Assembly: GCF_001194135.2 (NCBI RefSeq)
Contig: NC_068983.1
Span: 75,522,673-75,586,672 of the forward strand
Direction of reading: 5' to 3'
Source: Octopus bimaculoides
Lineage: Eukaryota
Length of the DNA: 64,000 bases
Shown here: one piece after another, positions 63,850 to 64,000 of the stretch
Numbering within the stretch: the first letter of the stretch is position 1
Layout: each line of letters begins with the position of its first letter
Translations under genes and position numbers: made by a program
Notes under the pieces: model-generated
The model's input: only the letters and a program-made list of their open reading frames with translations
Databases searched by the model: none
Told to the model about the DNA's origin: nothing

Positions 63850-64000
63850 TGTGGTATGACGTCAGTGTCTGGGGAGGCTGACCGGAAGGGGAAAAAGGGC
63901 AGAGGGAGCCTTGATCGGGATTTGTGCCCTTTTCGAACGGGGTTGTGGTCAGGACAAGACGTGTTAAGCGACGGTCTAGGTTTGGGAGAAGCAGCTGCTA
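63850..64000. promoter_or_regulatory. Possible promoter-like GC/CpG-richer segment at the window edge
   Basis: Palindromic CRE TGACGTCA at 63857-63864, ETS-like CCGGAAG at 63882-63888, locally raised GC and CpG. Confidence 0.25.

Overview
AT-rich, microsatellite-saturated eukaryotic DNA with 11 N-gaps. The repeat complement (tRNA-derived SINEs, RTE-type LINE tails ending in (GAT)n) points to a coleoid cephalopod, probably Octopus; this is an inference from recognising the repeats, not a search result. Almost all ORF-track entries are simple-repeat or gap artefacts. One real gene is supported: four phase-compatible minus-strand exons (20729-20581, 13262-12995, 5814-5731, 2902-2805) encoding about 198 aa of an unnamed protein, Ser-rich then coiled-coil, that continues past the left edge. 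The rest is mobile DNA: two RTE reverse-transcriptase remnants plus about 25 RTE 3' tails, three restriction-like-endonuclease (RLE) retrotransposon 3' ends next to microsatellites, four SINE families (several with clear TSDs), TTAA-flanked piggyBac-type MITEs, a Tc/pogo-type MITE, a mariner end, Helitron/Helentron-like relics and Penelope-like pieces. The best leads are RNA-structural: minimal hammerhead-ribozyme-like motifs (one in an RLE element's 3' UTR), a 33-bp-stem hairpin found once in the window (pre-miRNA candidate), and a variable-number double-hairpin array in the RTE 3' UTR. No novel system is demonstrated by the sequence alone.
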